Below the pieces are notes generated by a model. The model was not told the DNA's origin, did not search any database, and worked only from the letters and a program-made list of their open reading frames with translations. The translations under genes and the position numbers were made by a program. Source: Lama glama (taxonomy: Eukaryota). Taken from it: 64,000 nt of DNA. The stretch is from assembly GCA_028534125.1 (NCBI GenBank), contig CM052816.1, forward strand, positions 6,450,001-6,514,000, in the 5' to 3' direction. Shown here piece by piece: positions 11,482 to 24,964 of this stretch (positions within the stretch are counted from its first letter, which is position 1; the number at the start of each line of letters is the position of its first letter).

Positions 11482-14445
11482 TTACTTTTTTTGTGAGAGT
11501 CTTTAGGATTTTCTGTATAAAAGATCATATTATCAGCATTCAGAGACAATTTTACTTTTGCCTTTCCAATTTGGATACCTTTTATTTCTTTTTCTTCCCT
11601 ATTTACTCTGGTTATGGCTTCCAGAACTAAGCCGAATAGAAGTGGTGAGAGTTGGCACCCTTGTTTTGTCCCTGATCTTAAAGGAAAAGCTTTTAAACTT
11701 TCATTCTTGAGTATATTCACTGTAGGTTTGCCATATGTGACCTTGATTATATTGAGGTATGTTACTTCTATATCCAGTTTGTGCCATTTTAATCATGAAA
11801 GGTTCTTGAATTTTGCCAGATGCTTTTCCTTCAACTATTGAGATAATGATAAGGTTTTTGTTTTTAATTTTGTTATTGTCCTGTATCACACTGATTGACT
11901 TGCATACATTGAACCATCTTTGTATCCTAAGGGATAAATCCCTCTTGATCTTGGTGTTGTATGGTCCTTTAATGTGCTGTTGATTTCAGTTTGTTAGTAT
12001 TTCCTTAAGAATTTTTGTGTCTTGTGAATTTGTTATATTTTCTTACAGTATTGTAATACTGGCATCAAAAAATGAGTTTAAGTGCATTACTTCCTCTTCA
12101 GTTTTTAGAGCTGTTCCGAAGAATTGGCATTAAATGTTTGGTAGAATCCACCTGTGAAATCACCTGGTCCTGGGCTTTTCTTTGTTGGGAAGTTTTTGAT
12201 TATGATTTTAATCTATTTACTAGGTATTGGTCTGTTCAGATTATCTATTTTTTATGATTCAAACATCTTAGATTATATAGTTCTAGGAACTTACCCATCT
12301 CTTTTAGGTTGTCTGATATGTTGGTGTATAATTGTTCATAGGACAGTCCTTTGCATTTGTATATTGTCAAGTGTAATGTCTTTTTTTTTTTCATTGATGC
12401 TTGTATGTATTTAAGTTTTCTCTGACATGTCAAAGTTCCATTGATCTGTTCTATTGTTTTCCTACTCTGTCATGTATTTCTGCTCTGCTTTTTATTATCT
12501 CCCTTCTTCTGCTAATGTTGGACTCAGTTTGTTCTTAGAGTTTTTACAGGTGTAAAGTTAGGTTGTTTGACATTTTGTTTTTTTAACATATGCATTTATT
12601 AGTAGAAATTTCCTTCTTAGCACTAATTTTGCTATATTCCATATGTTTAGGTATGGTGTATTTCCATTTTTGTTTGTTTCAGAATATTTTTATTTCCCTT
12701 TTGGTCTTATCATTGACCCATAGGATGTTTAGAAGTGTATAGTTCAATTTCTACATATTTGTTAATTTTCCATTTTTCCTCCTGTTACTGATTTCTACTT
12801 TCATACTGTTGTGGTAAAAAAAATATTTGGTATGATTTCAGTGTTTTAAAATTAGTTTAGAATGTTTTATGACCTAATATATGATCCATCCTGAAGAATA
12901 TTTCATGTGTGCTTGAGAAGAGTGCATAACACTGCTGTTGGATGGAAATTTCTGTATATTCTGTTAGGCCCATTGAATCTAAAGTGTAATTCAAGACCAG
13001 TGTTTTCTTCTTCATTTTCTTTCTGGATGATCTTTCCATTGTTGAAAATGAGATACTGAAGTCTTCTCTTACTGTTGTCTTACCACTCCCTTCAGATCTT
13101 TTAGTATTTGCTTAATTTATTTAGATGCTCCAATGTTGGGAATATATATATTTAAAATTGTTATATCCCCATGATGAGTTTTCTCTTATACTGTTTTTTT
13201 AGTTAAAATTTATTTTGTCTAACTATAGCTCCTTGCTTTCTTTCAGTCTCCATTTGTGTGGAGTATCTTTTTCTCTCCTTTCATTTTGAGCCTATGTGTG
13301 TTCTTGAATCTGAAGTGAGTTTCTTACAGGCAGCATATAATTGGGTCTTGTCTCTCTTTTTAAAATTCAGTCATCCACGCTGTGCCTTTCAACTAGAGAA
13401 TTTGATTAATTTATATTTAAAGTAACTATTGATTGATAAGGACTTACTGTTGACATCATGGTTATCGTTTTTTGGCTGTTGTGTAGTTCCTTTTCTGCTT
13501 TCATCCTCTCCTCATGCCTGCCTTTGTGAATAGATGATTTTCTTTAATCGTATATTTTCTGTTCTCTTTATTCTGCATATATCAACTATTGGTTTTTGTT
13601 TTGTGGTTACTTTGAGGCTTACCTGAAACATCAGTATAATAGTCTAATTTATGCTCATAACAACTTTAATTGCATACAAAACTGTTGCCTTTTATTACCA
13701 CCCACCCATTTTGTTGTTTTTATTTTCAGTTTACATCTTTGTGTGTGTGTGCGTGTGTGTGTGTGTGTATTTGGTAACAGGTTATCATAGCTATTTTGAA
13801 TACTTTCGTCCTTTAACTTCCGTACCAGAGTTAAGTTGTAGAAACACCACCATATCACAGTTATTAGGGTATTCTGAATCTGACTGTTTATATTTACCAG
13901 TATGTTGTATTTTTCATGTTTTCATGTCACTAATCTGTATCTTTTGTTTCAACTTGAAGAACTCCTTTCAGCATTTCTTGTAAAACAGGTCTAGTGGTGA
14001 TAAATTTCCTCAGCTTTTTTTGTTTGTTTCTTTGGGAAAGTCTTTATCTCACCTCCGTTTCTGAAATTCAGCTTTGCTGGATAAAATATTCTTGGTTGGC
14101 AGGGTTTTTTTTTTTTCCTTGAATGCTTTGAATATATCACCCGACTCTTCCCTGACCTATAAAGTTTCTGCTGGAAAATCCACTTACAACAATGGACATT
14201 TATTTGTATGAGATTTTTTTTTCCTCTTGCTGCTTTTAAAATGATCTTTGTCTTTGGTTTTAGACAGTTTTATTATAATAAATCTTAGGGAAGGTAATTT
14301 TACATTGAAATTATGGGGTGACATATTAGCTTCATGACTTTGAGTATCCAAATCTCTTCTGAGGTTTAGGAAGTTCTCAGCCATTATTTCTTTAAATAAG
14401 CTTTTCCCCTCTTTTCTCCTTCTGGCACTTCAGTGACACATGTTA
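10450..14445 (-). mobile_element. Decayed LINE-1 (ORF1 C-terminus and ORF2) with internal deletions and (TG)n expansions near 11447 and 13740
   Basis: Minus-strand ORF fragments '[44 protein letters not shown]' (RT), 'FSSTHEIFFRMDHILGHK' (EN), 'MAENFLNL' (ORF1). Confidence 0.92.
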
Positions 14446-14469
14446 TTTTTATTAAAATAGTAATGCCTT

Positions 14470-15640
14470 TTTATATTCCCACTATCAAGGTATGGCTGTA
14501 TATATGTTTTCCCAGAATCTTGCCAGGACATATGTTCAAACTGTTGGAATTTTACTAATCAAGTAATGGTTGGAACTGGTAACTTGGTATAATTTTAATT
14601 TGGATTGTTCTCATTGTTATTAAAGTTGAGAATTTTTCCATATGCTTAGGGGCCATTTGTATTTCTTAACCTGTGACTAGGCTGATCATGTGCATTTTCC
14701 CACTGGATTGTTGCTCTTTTAATTCTCAACATATAAGAGCTCTTTATACAGTACGCAGATGAGAAGCCCCTTGTCTAATTGAGAATTTGTGAATATTGCT
14801 TCCTTGACTGTGCTTTGTCTTTTCTATTTATAGACCTTTCATTGTAAAGTGAGACCATCAAAACCACCAAAAACAAATATACAGCTTAGCAAACTTCAGC
14901 TACCCTCTAGGTCATGAAATAGACATTTCTAGGCATCTCAGAAGGCTTATCCATGTGCTTTGTCCTAAATACTACTCCTTTCTTCTCCCCAAAATACCCA
15001 GTATCCTGCATTTTATAGTAATCACTCTCTTGTATGTCTTCATAATGTCATCACCTAATTGTACATCTCTGGACACTCTCACTTAGTCTGGCCCATTTTT
15101 TAAAATCCAATATATATGTTAAGATTCTTCAGATCTACAGGTTTCCTAGCTTTTTTTTTTTCCTGTCTTTTTTCTTCTCTTTTCCATACAATTTATCTCC
15201 CAAAGAGCTTAGAGCATTTGATCTGTAGGGCTTCCTATCGTCTCATTGTTAATGACTGTACACTCTTAGTGAAGCCGACACTCTGCATTGTCCTTTGTGT
15301 ATGCTGGAAACTGAGAGGTAGATCTAGAGACTTGATGAGATGCAGGTTTGACCCCTTGTGAATGACTGTGTGTGATGTTAAGTCCTCAGGAGATAAATAA
15401 TATCTAGTTTTTGTTCTTTTTGATGTTAGCATCTACTGCTGCTTAAAATCAGCATACATTAATTCACTGGAGATTTTAAAATATAATACCTTAATTATAT
15501 TATGTTTGTGATCTACTTGCAGAATAATTTTATAACAAGATGTTTCATTCACTGTTTGATTACTAATAACAGAATTCATATAACAAAATAAATACCTGTG
15601 TCTTTTCTATTACATATCTAGTTTTTAAAATAAAAATTTA
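14470..15640 (-). mobile_element. Very old L1ME-like fragments
   Basis: 'ttttaatttggattgttctcattg...gttgagaatttttccatatgcttagg' resembles an antisense L1 3' region; heavily diverged. Confidence 0.5.
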
Positions 15641-15671
15641 CCTGTCACTCTTACAGAGTGAACGCTACCAT

Positions 15672-16158
15672 TAAAGACAGTTTCTGACTTTGGATGGTTT
15701 GACTTAGGATTTTTCAAATTTATGATGCTGTGAAAGTGATAGACTTTCATAAGAAACTGTATTTTGAATTTTGAATTTTGATTTCTTCCTGGGCTAGCAA
15801 TATGAGGTACTGTCCTCTCTCGTGGTGCTGGGCGGTGGCAGTAAGCCCCAGCTCCTAGCCAACCATGCGGTCACAACTGAGCCACTTACAACTGACCTGT
15901 GCTCCGATGACCATTCTGGTTTTCACTTCCAGTACAGTATTCAAAACTTACATGAGCTATTCAATACTTTATTATAAAATAGGCTTCTTGCCAGATGTTT
16001 TTACCCAACGGGAGGCTAATGAAAGTGTTCTGAGTATGTTTAAGGTAGGCAAGGCTAAGCTATGGTATTTCATGGTGTATTAAGTGCACTTTCAATATTT
16101 TCAACTTGTGATAGGTTTATGGGAAAGTAACCCCATCATAAGTTAAGGAAGATCTATA
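15672..16158 (-). mobile_element. MER47/Tigger5-like non-autonomous Tc1/mariner DNA transposon
   Basis: Right end reverse-complements to 'agatcttccttaacttatgatggggttac..ataaacctatcacaagttgaaaatat' (MER47 start as recalled); left end 'gacagtttctgactttggatggtttgacttag' is the degenerate other terminus. Confidence 0.75.
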
Positions 16159-16367
16159 TAAAATTGTGAATGCAGCATATTTTAAAGCCTACAAAAAATG
16201 TCTAATTTCCTAGGAAACATAATTTTCCCAAACCATTCCTTGTGAAGGTAGAAGGATTAAGCAGATATATTTCCATAGGAGAAAAAAAAAATACGAGGGA
16301 GGTCCTTATGGGAAACAAAGCAAAACAAATCATTGCGCACAAATTATTTCATAGAATTTAAATAACC

Positions 16368-17266
16368 ATTTATTTTTTAATTTTATTTTTAACATTTTTT
16401 AGTGAGTTATAGTCATTTTACAATATTGTGTCAAATTCCAGTGTAGAGCACAATTTTTCAGTTATACAGGAACATACATATATTCATTGTCACATTTTTT
16501 TCTCTCTGTGAGCCACCACAAGATCTTGTATATATTGCCTTGTGCTGTACAGTATAATCTTGTTTATCTGTTCTACATCTACATTGCTGAGATTTATGTA
16601 AGATAGTGTTTTGCCTATGTTTTCTTCTATGAGGTTTATAGTGTCTTGTCTTATGTTTAAGTCTTTAAGCCATTTTGAGTTTATTTTTGTGTATGGTGTG
16701 AGGGAGTGTTCTAACTTCATTAATTTACATGCAGCTGTCCAGTTCCCAACACCATTTGCTGAAGAGACTGTCTTTATTCCATTGTATATTCTTGCCTCCT
16801 TTGTCGAAGATGAATTGACTAAATGTTTATGTATTTATTTCTGGCCTCTCTATTCTGCTCCATTGATCCATAAATCTGTTTTTTATCAATACCATGCTGT
16901 TTTGATTACTGTGGTATTGTCTGAAGTCTGGGAGGGTTATTCCTCCAGCTTTGTTCTTTTTCTTCCGTATTGTTTGGCAATTCTGGGTCTTTTGTGTTTT
17001 CATATAAATTTTAAGATTATTTATTCTACTTCTGTGAAAAATGTCTCAGGTAATTTGATAGGGATGGCATTAAATCTGTAGATTGCTTTGGATAATATGG
17101 CCATTTTATCAATATTAATTCTTCCAATCCAAGAATATGAGATATCTTTCCATTTCTTTAAGGCATGTTTAATTTCCTTAGTCAGTGTTTTGTAGTTCTC
17201 TACGTACAAGTCTTTCACTTCCTTGGTCAGATTTATTCCTAAGTATTCAATTTTTTTTGGATGCAA
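16368..17266 (-). mobile_element. Younger camelid-type L1 3' fragment with an internal deletion near 16580
   Basis: Low-divergence ORF2 pieces '[43 protein letters not shown]' and '[18 protein letters not shown]'; T-rich tail near 16370. Confidence 0.92.
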
Positions 17267-17774
17267 TCTATCTCTAAGAATCTGTCCTCAAGTTATTCAA
17301 GCCAAAAATATGAAAAGACATATGCATCAGGATATGAATTGTAGTGCTCTGCAACTGGAAGACTGGAAATTGGACCTATATGTCCATCACTAGGGGACTG
17401 GTTGAATAAACTGTGATGCGTTTACCCTTTGGAAAACTGTGAGAAGGATGAGACATATCTCTTGATACTGTCATAGCATGATCTTTACCACTTATCTAAG
17501 GGAAGAGGGAGATACAAATATAAATGCGTATTTGCTGGTAACTTTTCCAGTTTTAAAAATATCAAATAAATAGAAATCATTAACTATAGGGAAAGTAAGG
17601 GAATACAGTGGAGGAAGTTGTTTGTAGATTTGACTTAGAATACACAATTACATAATAAGTAAGTAAAAAGCAATGTGGAAAATCTAAAGCAAGACGAAAC
17701 AAGTGAACCTGTGTATCACAGTGGAGGCATAAGTAGTGGAGAGGAACTATTCCAAGTGGCATAAAAAACAAAGT

Positions 17775-17980
17775 GACTTGACTTATTTCACTTAGTATGA
17801 TAATCTCCAGGTCCATCCATGTTGCTATAAATGGTATTATTTCATTTTTATGGCTGAGTAGTACTCCACTATGTATGTATGTATATATATATATATATAT
17901 ATATGCAGTGGAATGTATGTGTGTGTACACACACACATACACACAACCTGGAATACTACTCAGCCATAATATACATATAC

Positions 17981-18030
<50 letters not shown>

Positions 18031-18059
18031 ATATCTATATAGCCATTATATATATACAC

Positions 18060-18098
<39 letters not shown>

Positions 18099-18230
18099 CT
18101 TCTGTATCCAGTCATCTGTCAGTTGACATTTAGGCTGCTTCAGTGTCTTGGCTATTATAAATAGTACTGCTGTGAACATTGGGGTGCATGTGTCTATTCA
18201 AATTAGAGTTTGTTTTCTGCAGATATATAC
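17775..18230 (-). mobile_element. L1 3' fragment with embedded compound (TA)n/(CA)n microsatellite (~17870-18098)
   Basis: 'ATWMDLEIIILSEISQ' and 'MFTAVLFIIAKT..QPKC' in the ORF track; visible dinucleotide runs. Confidence 0.85.
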
Positions 18231-18239
18231 TTTAATAAG

Positions 18240-19812
18240 AAAAACAATCAAAGTGATTTGACCACATATTCCTAGTGGGATATACCCTATGGACAGGATG
18301 AGTTGCAGAAAGACTTAAATAGTTCTAAAGCAATTATCTTTTTGGTGATCAGGATGGTATTTTTATTTGGAGACTTAGTGTGTTTTGTCTAATAAAACAA
18401 AGAGTAAGTATGTTAGTGCCTTGAAAATCAGGATTGTCATTGCTTAAGTAAAAATCCTGTGATCTTAATTTTTAATTTAAAGTATGAGCTCAAGATATAT
18501 CACATCTTTAAAGCAAAGCTCTGTCTATGAGAAGTTCTAAAAACTGTGACAAACCCTGGGGCATTGATACCATTAGTAACTATACTTTGGTCTCCAAATG
18601 TTACTTCCTATAAAGGAGCTGGGATATCTTGGAGCAAAGGTCAACTCCAGGTCTAGTACAGTAAACTGAACCTGGACTGTCTTCTCATACCTGAAAGCAA
18701 GAAAATTATCACAGACTATTACTTGGGAGTAATACCCTCCCACTGGTCAAAAAAATGAAAAATTTCGAGTATTAATCAGTTGATAATGTCTATAGGTTGA
18801 AATACAAATATATTTGTGAGTTTTCAATTATACTCTAAAAGCACTCATTTATCATTATTTTCACAAATTATAAATCAAAGGGAAATATCAGTCATGTGTC
18901 CTCTCTCCTTTCACAAGCTGTACCCCAGGGACCAAATGCTTAATGGAGGAACGTTTTTATTCATAGAAGTATGTTAGCTAATAAGAGAAGATAGAATGAT
19001 TGGATTTGGCCATTATTTTGTAACTCCTGGTGAATTCTTGGAAAGATATCTCATATTCTTGGATTGGAAGAATTAATTCACCTGAATGTAGGCCATGATC
19101 ATCAATGGCTCCTAACGCATAAACATAGAGACAGTCTCCCAAAGTACATGATGCCACCCATGAGGAATTCTTCAGTCAGTCCACCAGCAAACCTATAATC
19201 TGTCTACTAATTTGTAGGAAATACAGGAGACAAGGGAACATAGTAAACAATGCCATGGGTATTCAGTCAGCAAAGTTCAGGTCATAAGAAACTCTACAGG
19301 ACAACATACCTAGTTTCCCCAACAAATCAACTTAAGGAATATAAAGAGAGCTGGCAACCATAGAGATTAAACAGATTTAAGATACCTGTTAGCCAATTAT
19401 AATGCATGGGCCTTATTTAGTTTCTAATACAAATTTTATCCACACACTGGCATATGCATATATACACATAGTACATATTTAATATATATATACTTGGAGA
19501 GAGAGAGATATATATATTTGACATATATATATATTTTGGAGGAATTTAAAAACTGACTAGATTTGATGATATTAAGATACTGTTTATGTTTAAAGTGTGA
19601 AAACTGTTTTGTGGTTAAGTATGTTAAAGGAGTCTTTATATTTGAGAAATAAAAACTGAAATATTTTGAAGAAAGAGTATGATATCTTAGATGTGTTTAA
19701 AAATTAGATGGATGGGAAGCAGGTGTAGGTGAGGACTAGATAAAACAAGAAAGATTGGGTTTAAGTTGATCATTGTTGAAGCTAGGTGATAGACACATCA
19801 AAGTTCACTGTA
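18240..19812 (+). mobile_element. Old L1MC4/5-like 3'UTR remnant
   Basis: 'tttgatgatattaag..', 'gttgatcattgttgaagctaggtgatagacacat' are typical of old L1MC 3' ends. Confidence 0.55.
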
Positions 19813-20269
19813 AAAGGAAGACGTGAGTAGACTGGCTTTACCATCTTCCACCCCACCTCTCACTGGGTCCTTGTACTCATGCTTGAGCCACCCTATCCAT
19901 GTTTATCTTCTGCATCCTTTTTAAGTACCTCACCTACCCAAGATTCCTGTGCACGGAGCATTCTTCTTTACTTGTAGGCCCTTATCCCTTCCAAACTCCT
20001 ACTCCATCCTTCAGACTTCAGCAGTTTTTCACTTCCTCAGGAATACCTCTGACTTCTCTGATTTGGTCAGATCTCCCTCCTGTAGGCTGTTGTGGTGCCA
20101 GCTACTTCTCCTTTCTAGCAATCATCACACTTGGAATTTTATGCTCATTTACATGACAGTTTGTGTGTGTGTGTGCGTGTGCGTGCTCCAAAAGAGTCTC
20201 AGGCCCCTAAGTACAGAAGCCACATAGATTTTAGTTAACGTAGTGCCCCAGTACTCGTCTCAGTATCCT

Positions 20270-21002
20270 TGTTGAAGAAAAAATTTGCATCTGACACTTT
20301 TTAAAAATGTCACGACAGATTTTATCAGTACTACTGCAGTAGAAGAGAGAGCCCTCAGGTAAACTGAGCTCAACTCCAATCTTTGCAGAGGTGATTGGGC
20401 ATTTTAAAAGGAAAAAGTGAAGTCATATGGAGGGGGAATGACCAAGGCTGAAGCAGAGAAAGGAACTTAGAAAAGTGCAGAAAAGCAGATGTGAGGCTGT
20501 TTAATTTGATATGGGCCTCTTTGTCTGCTAACCAGTGTGATCGAAGTCGGGCTCCTACCCTCCTACAGAGGCTGGGAGACAGGAGTCCTCCATGTACTGA
20601 TGATTACATTTCAAGGGGATGGCTCTCAGATTCTCGAGAAAGGCAATCCTGGGTTAAAGAGCATCCCACACATCTCAAATAGAGAAAGGATTTACAATGG
20701 TTAGTTTTCTGAAGTAGATGCTCCAAGGAAAGGAGTCTATAGTCAGGGTTTGCCTGGAACAAACAGTAAATTCTTTTAGAACTTTGTCAGGCAGGCATTG
20801 AAAGAGGCTGCGCCAGTCATCTTAGGAACGTAGCCTTGAGCTGCAAGGAAGTTACTGTGATGTTGGTTGACTCTCAGGGGGGAGGGTGGGCGAGATCTTT
20901 TGTGCTGAGAGCTGTACTGTTGTAGACATGGGCTGGAGCCTCGTTGGGAAGGGGGCTCAGAGGAGCCCGTCGAGACTGTGGTCAGAGAGAGCGCGTCTGC
21001 CA
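20270..21002 (-). mobile_element. ERV solo LTR
   Basis: TG...CA ends; 'tactactgcagtagaagagagag..aactgagctcaactcc' pattern typical of antisense ERV1-class LTRs; GC shift versus flanks. Confidence 0.6.
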
Positions 21003-22255
21003 CTCTGTAAATACTGGCTGAATGTTTTACCATATCCATGAGAAAAAATGTCCAGGAAATAAGAATCAGAAGTTGTTCACATTGGGGATAAAAGGAGCTC
21101 AAGTTTCAATAAGTGTAGAAGAGAAAAAGTGCTTGTTCCAGGTGGAAAAAGCTGGAGGAAGGTTTTCTGATTTTACCCATTGATATAAAAAGAAAAAATA
21201 ATTGATAAAAAGCTTCCTAATGTTATGACATATGTCTATTTCCAGCCCCAAGGACAGACATGATTCTAAGTAGAGAAGATAAAGTGAGACATTGTTATCT
21301 ATGTCAGTCTTGCTTTAGGCTTTAAAACAGAGAACATTTTTATTGTAACATGACTAGATTTCTACAGAGTTACCAATAACTGAATCCACAACAGATGGCT
21401 ATAATTTGCTGTAGGGTGAAGTGACCTCTAAACAGAAAGTGCTGGGTGGATTCTGAGGTGCTTTATGATTCTGACAGGTAAAAGAAACTGATAGGTCAGC
21501 AAGTTCTGAATCATCTACCTCAGTGGTTATTTGTCTCTCTTTTCTGGAAGGCTCTGCAATGTGCCTTCATTAACGGGAGCAGATCAAAAATTTAAAATTC
21601 AGAGCACGGGACGTTGCTAATTAGAGAAATAATGAACACATAGAGCTTCGCATCCCCTTAATGATTTCATGTTTTCTTCTTTTGCAAAATACAAGCCGGT
21701 TGCCTGCTGAGATGCAATTCTTCATTCACAGAGGAAACCAAATTGTCAGCTATAGCGAGTTGAATTGAGTAAATTTTTCTAGGTTAACACTTGGAAAGGG
21801 AAACATGCCACAAAAACTAGGGGAGATGTGTTTGATTTGGAGGAGGGGCACATTGTTATTCTTTTGCTTTAAGTGGAACCATGTAGACCTGAAAGATCAA
21901 CTTCACTGTGAGATGGTCCTGTGGAGCAAGCTGTGGAAAATTGGGAATTCTTAAAGAAATCTATTTACAAAAAAAAAAAGACTTCTCTAATTTCTTTCTA
22001 GAATATGTCACAAGTCTACCAGAGACAAGAGGTGGAATTGATAGTATTCAATAGGGAAAAAAAAGTTACCTAATAATATCAAGTGGAAGAAAACCTTAAT
22101 AGTTTAGAAGAAAGATATCCTGAGAAGCTTTTGATGGGTGATGAAACTAAGATTTTATGCATGACTTCCAGATCACTTCTCTGCCCATGCTTTCTTTTTA
22201 AATAGCTCAAAAGTTTTCGCCAAATGGCTTATCATCTTATGATTATAGTTTATTA

Positions 22256-22452
22256 AAGTGGTTCTCAAGCTTTAGTGCAAGCAAAGTTTACTCCCAAGGA
22301 ATTTCTTTAAAGTACAGATTGCTGGGCCTCTTTGCTAATGAATTTGTCTGATTCAGGAGGTCTGAATTAGGTTGCAGAGTCCATAATTTTAACTGAGCAC
22401 GCGAGTAGTTATGACATGCATGTTCCATGGGCCACAATGTGGAAAACACTGA
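22256..22452. mobile_element. MER5-like hAT-Charlie element
   Basis: Termini 'agtggttctcaa' ... 'tggaaaacactg'; internal 'cagattgctgggcc', 'tctgattcaggaggtctg'. Confidence 0.75.
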
Positions 22453-22804
22453 GGAAATAAAACCTGCCAGGGTATGTGGCTAGAAACTCTTGAGCTGTGT
22501 TTATAAGTATTATGACAATAAAACTAAGTAATATGAAGCACAAAGTTGATAACATATACTTTTGAACGATTAATGGCCTCAATGTGAGTTTTAATGCAAG
22601 TATAAAGTGTTGTTTTAATTGGATTACAGTCCTGTGAGCACATCAGATTGTGCTCCTGGCCTTCTAGTTCAAGAAAACAGGATTGGTACTGCTGTCCCAC
22701 ACACTGCTGTAGGGTTCAGCACTGGGCGGCTCGGTGTGGGATAGGACCATAAAATGTTGCACGTGAGAGCACAGCCTTCAGCCTTCACAGTCTCCATCCT
22801 AGGG

Positions 22805-22975
22805 ACTGTCTGTGTACCTTTGAGAAGTCCATTTAACTTACTAGGCTCAATTTACTAGTCCTTGAAATAAGAATGATGTCAGTACCTACTTCTAGGATTA
22901 TGTGATGGTTAGACGAGAAAATATTTATAAGGAGGTTAGTGCAGTTCCTAGAATATTGTAATCATCTGAATGAAG
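22805..22975 (+). mobile_element. MIR fragment
   Basis: MIR core-like 'gtccatttaactt..ctcaattt..gtacctacttctaggattatg'. Confidence 0.6.
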
Positions 22976-23199
22976 GATGAAAAAAATAATTTTTGGTCCA
23001 TGTAATAGTTTGATTTTATTGTCAAGGAGAAGGTAAGGACACCCTTAGGAATAAGATATTTCTAGAAGCCTAGACGCTGGAACTTGAAGGTCTCAAGCAC
23101 ATTAAGGCATATTGCCTTGAATTTTGTGGGACTATAGTGATTGTCTCACCATATGGCTTTGGCTAAAAATCCGTATGTAAAGAGATCTGAAGCATAATC

Positions 23200-23930
23200 A
23201 TTTTTAAAATTTTTATTTTTATTGCAATACAGTTGACTTACAATGTTGTGTTAGTTTCAGGTATACAGCAAGATGATTTAGTTATATGTATACACATATT
23301 CTTTTTCACATTACTTTCCATTATAGATTATTACAAGATATTGAATATAGTTCCCTGTGCTATACAGTAGGTCCTTGTTATTTGCCTATCTTATGTATAT
23401 TAGGGTGTATATGTTAATATCAAACTCCTAATTTATCACCCCCTTTCCCCTTTGGTAACTGTAGTTTATTTTCTATGTCTGTGAATCTATTTCTGGTTGG
23501 TAAATAAGTTCATTTATGTAACTTTTTTTTAATTTCACATGTAAGTAATATACGATATTTCTTTTTGTCTGGCTTACTTCACGTAATACAATAATCTCTA
23601 GGTCCATCCGTGTTGCTGCAAATGACATTATTTCATTCTTTTTATGGCTGAGTAATATTCCATCACCCCCCCACACACACACACATCTTCCTTATCCATT
23701 CATCTATTGAGGGACATTTAGGTTGCTTCCATGTTTCTGTGTCTTGGCTATTGTAAATAGTGCTACCGTTAACATTGGGGTGCATTTATCTTCTCGAGTT
23801 AGAGTTCTGTACAGGAGTGGGATTGCTGGATCATATGGTAGCTCTGTGTTTAGTTTTTTAAGGTACTTTCATATTGTTCTCCATAGTGGCTGCACCAATT
23901 TACATTCCCAGCAACAGTGTCGGAGAGTTC
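23200..23930 (-). mobile_element. 5'-truncated cetartiodactyl L1 3' end with TSD
   Basis: 'FAATRMDLEIIVLREVSQ'; flanking near-duplicate 'ctgaagcataatcattttt' (23187) and 'ctgaagcattattttt' (23931). Confidence 0.9.
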
Positions 23931-24469
23931 CTGAAGCATTATTTTTAACAGTTGGGACAGGGCTAGGAAATAGCAAAGGCTAGTACAAATTGCTGGGCCT
24001 AGATACGGCACATTTCAGTAAAATTTACCACTGCAGGGGTGAGGCGGGTTATTTTTTCCCTGGCTGTTTATCTGCTCTCTACTTTCTTGTGAAGAGCCCC
24101 AACCAAAAGCCAGATTCGGTACTCATAATCTCCAGGGAACTTTATTAAATTCTTTCTTCACCAGTGAAAAACTACTCTTCTAAGTTACGACAGCCATATT
24201 GCCATTAGCATTTAATTATATAAGATAATCCATGTATAAACATTATCCCAGTGCCTAGTACATAAGTGCTTAGAAAAAGTTGGGTAATATCACTACTTTG
24301 TAGTTGCACTTTCTAGATATCTCCCTAAAAACACTGAAAACTAGAGAATAACACTAGAACTAACAAGGATCAGTCTCCCACTCATTGGTGAGTGAATACT
24401 GATTATCTAAATGGTGCTCCATTCCACTTTACCTTATGGCAGCACTCCCTTGTCCGAGTGTACATGGTT

Positions 24470-24960
24470 TCTCATGAGGAGTTCTAATTTCAAGTTTCAT
24501 TTTATAGAGTGTCTTTTTTTTTCCTGTCTGCCTTTAAGATTTTCTCCTTATATTTGATTATAGCAGCTTGAATATGGTATGTCCAGGTTGATGTGTCTGC
24601 TTTTGTTGCTTTTTATTCTGTTTAGGATTCTCTGAAATCTTCAGTCTGTGGTTTGATGTCTTATCGTTGCTTCTGAAAATTCTTGGCCATTAAATTTATA
24701 CGTATTTGTTCTATCCCATTCTCACTCTCTTCTTCTAGAATTTCAGTTACTTGTATGTTAGACAGTTTCCTACTGTTCTACTGCTATTGAATGCTCTATA
24801 CTACTCCCCCCACCATACACACACTTACTTATTTTTGTGTTTTAGTTCAATTGATTTATCTTCAAGGGCACTGATTCTTTTCTTAACCAAGTTAATTGAT
24901 GAGCATGGAGGCATTATTTGTCTTTGCTACCATGTTGATCATTCCTAGCATTTCCATTTA
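24470..24960 (-). mobile_element. Old L1 ORF1 remnant (host, left part)
   Basis: 'ttctgaaaattcttggccatt' is antisense to ORF1 MA.NF; continues at ~29185. Confidence 0.7.
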
Positions 24961-24964
24961 TTAT

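Noticed and set aside
11433..11720. Reverse-transcriptase-like ORF as a functional or novel RT
   Set aside because: Ordinary broken L1 ORF2 fragment; the catalytic FADD motif reads NADN and the frame is disrupted
17580..18179. 199-aa ORF
   Set aside because: L1 ORF2 C-terminal remnant read through stop-free dinucleotide repeats
22070..22120. Minus-strand exon candidate with donor 'TAG|gtaact'
   Set aside because: All three frames from the best acceptor contain stops; keeping it open needs an ad hoc weak acceptor
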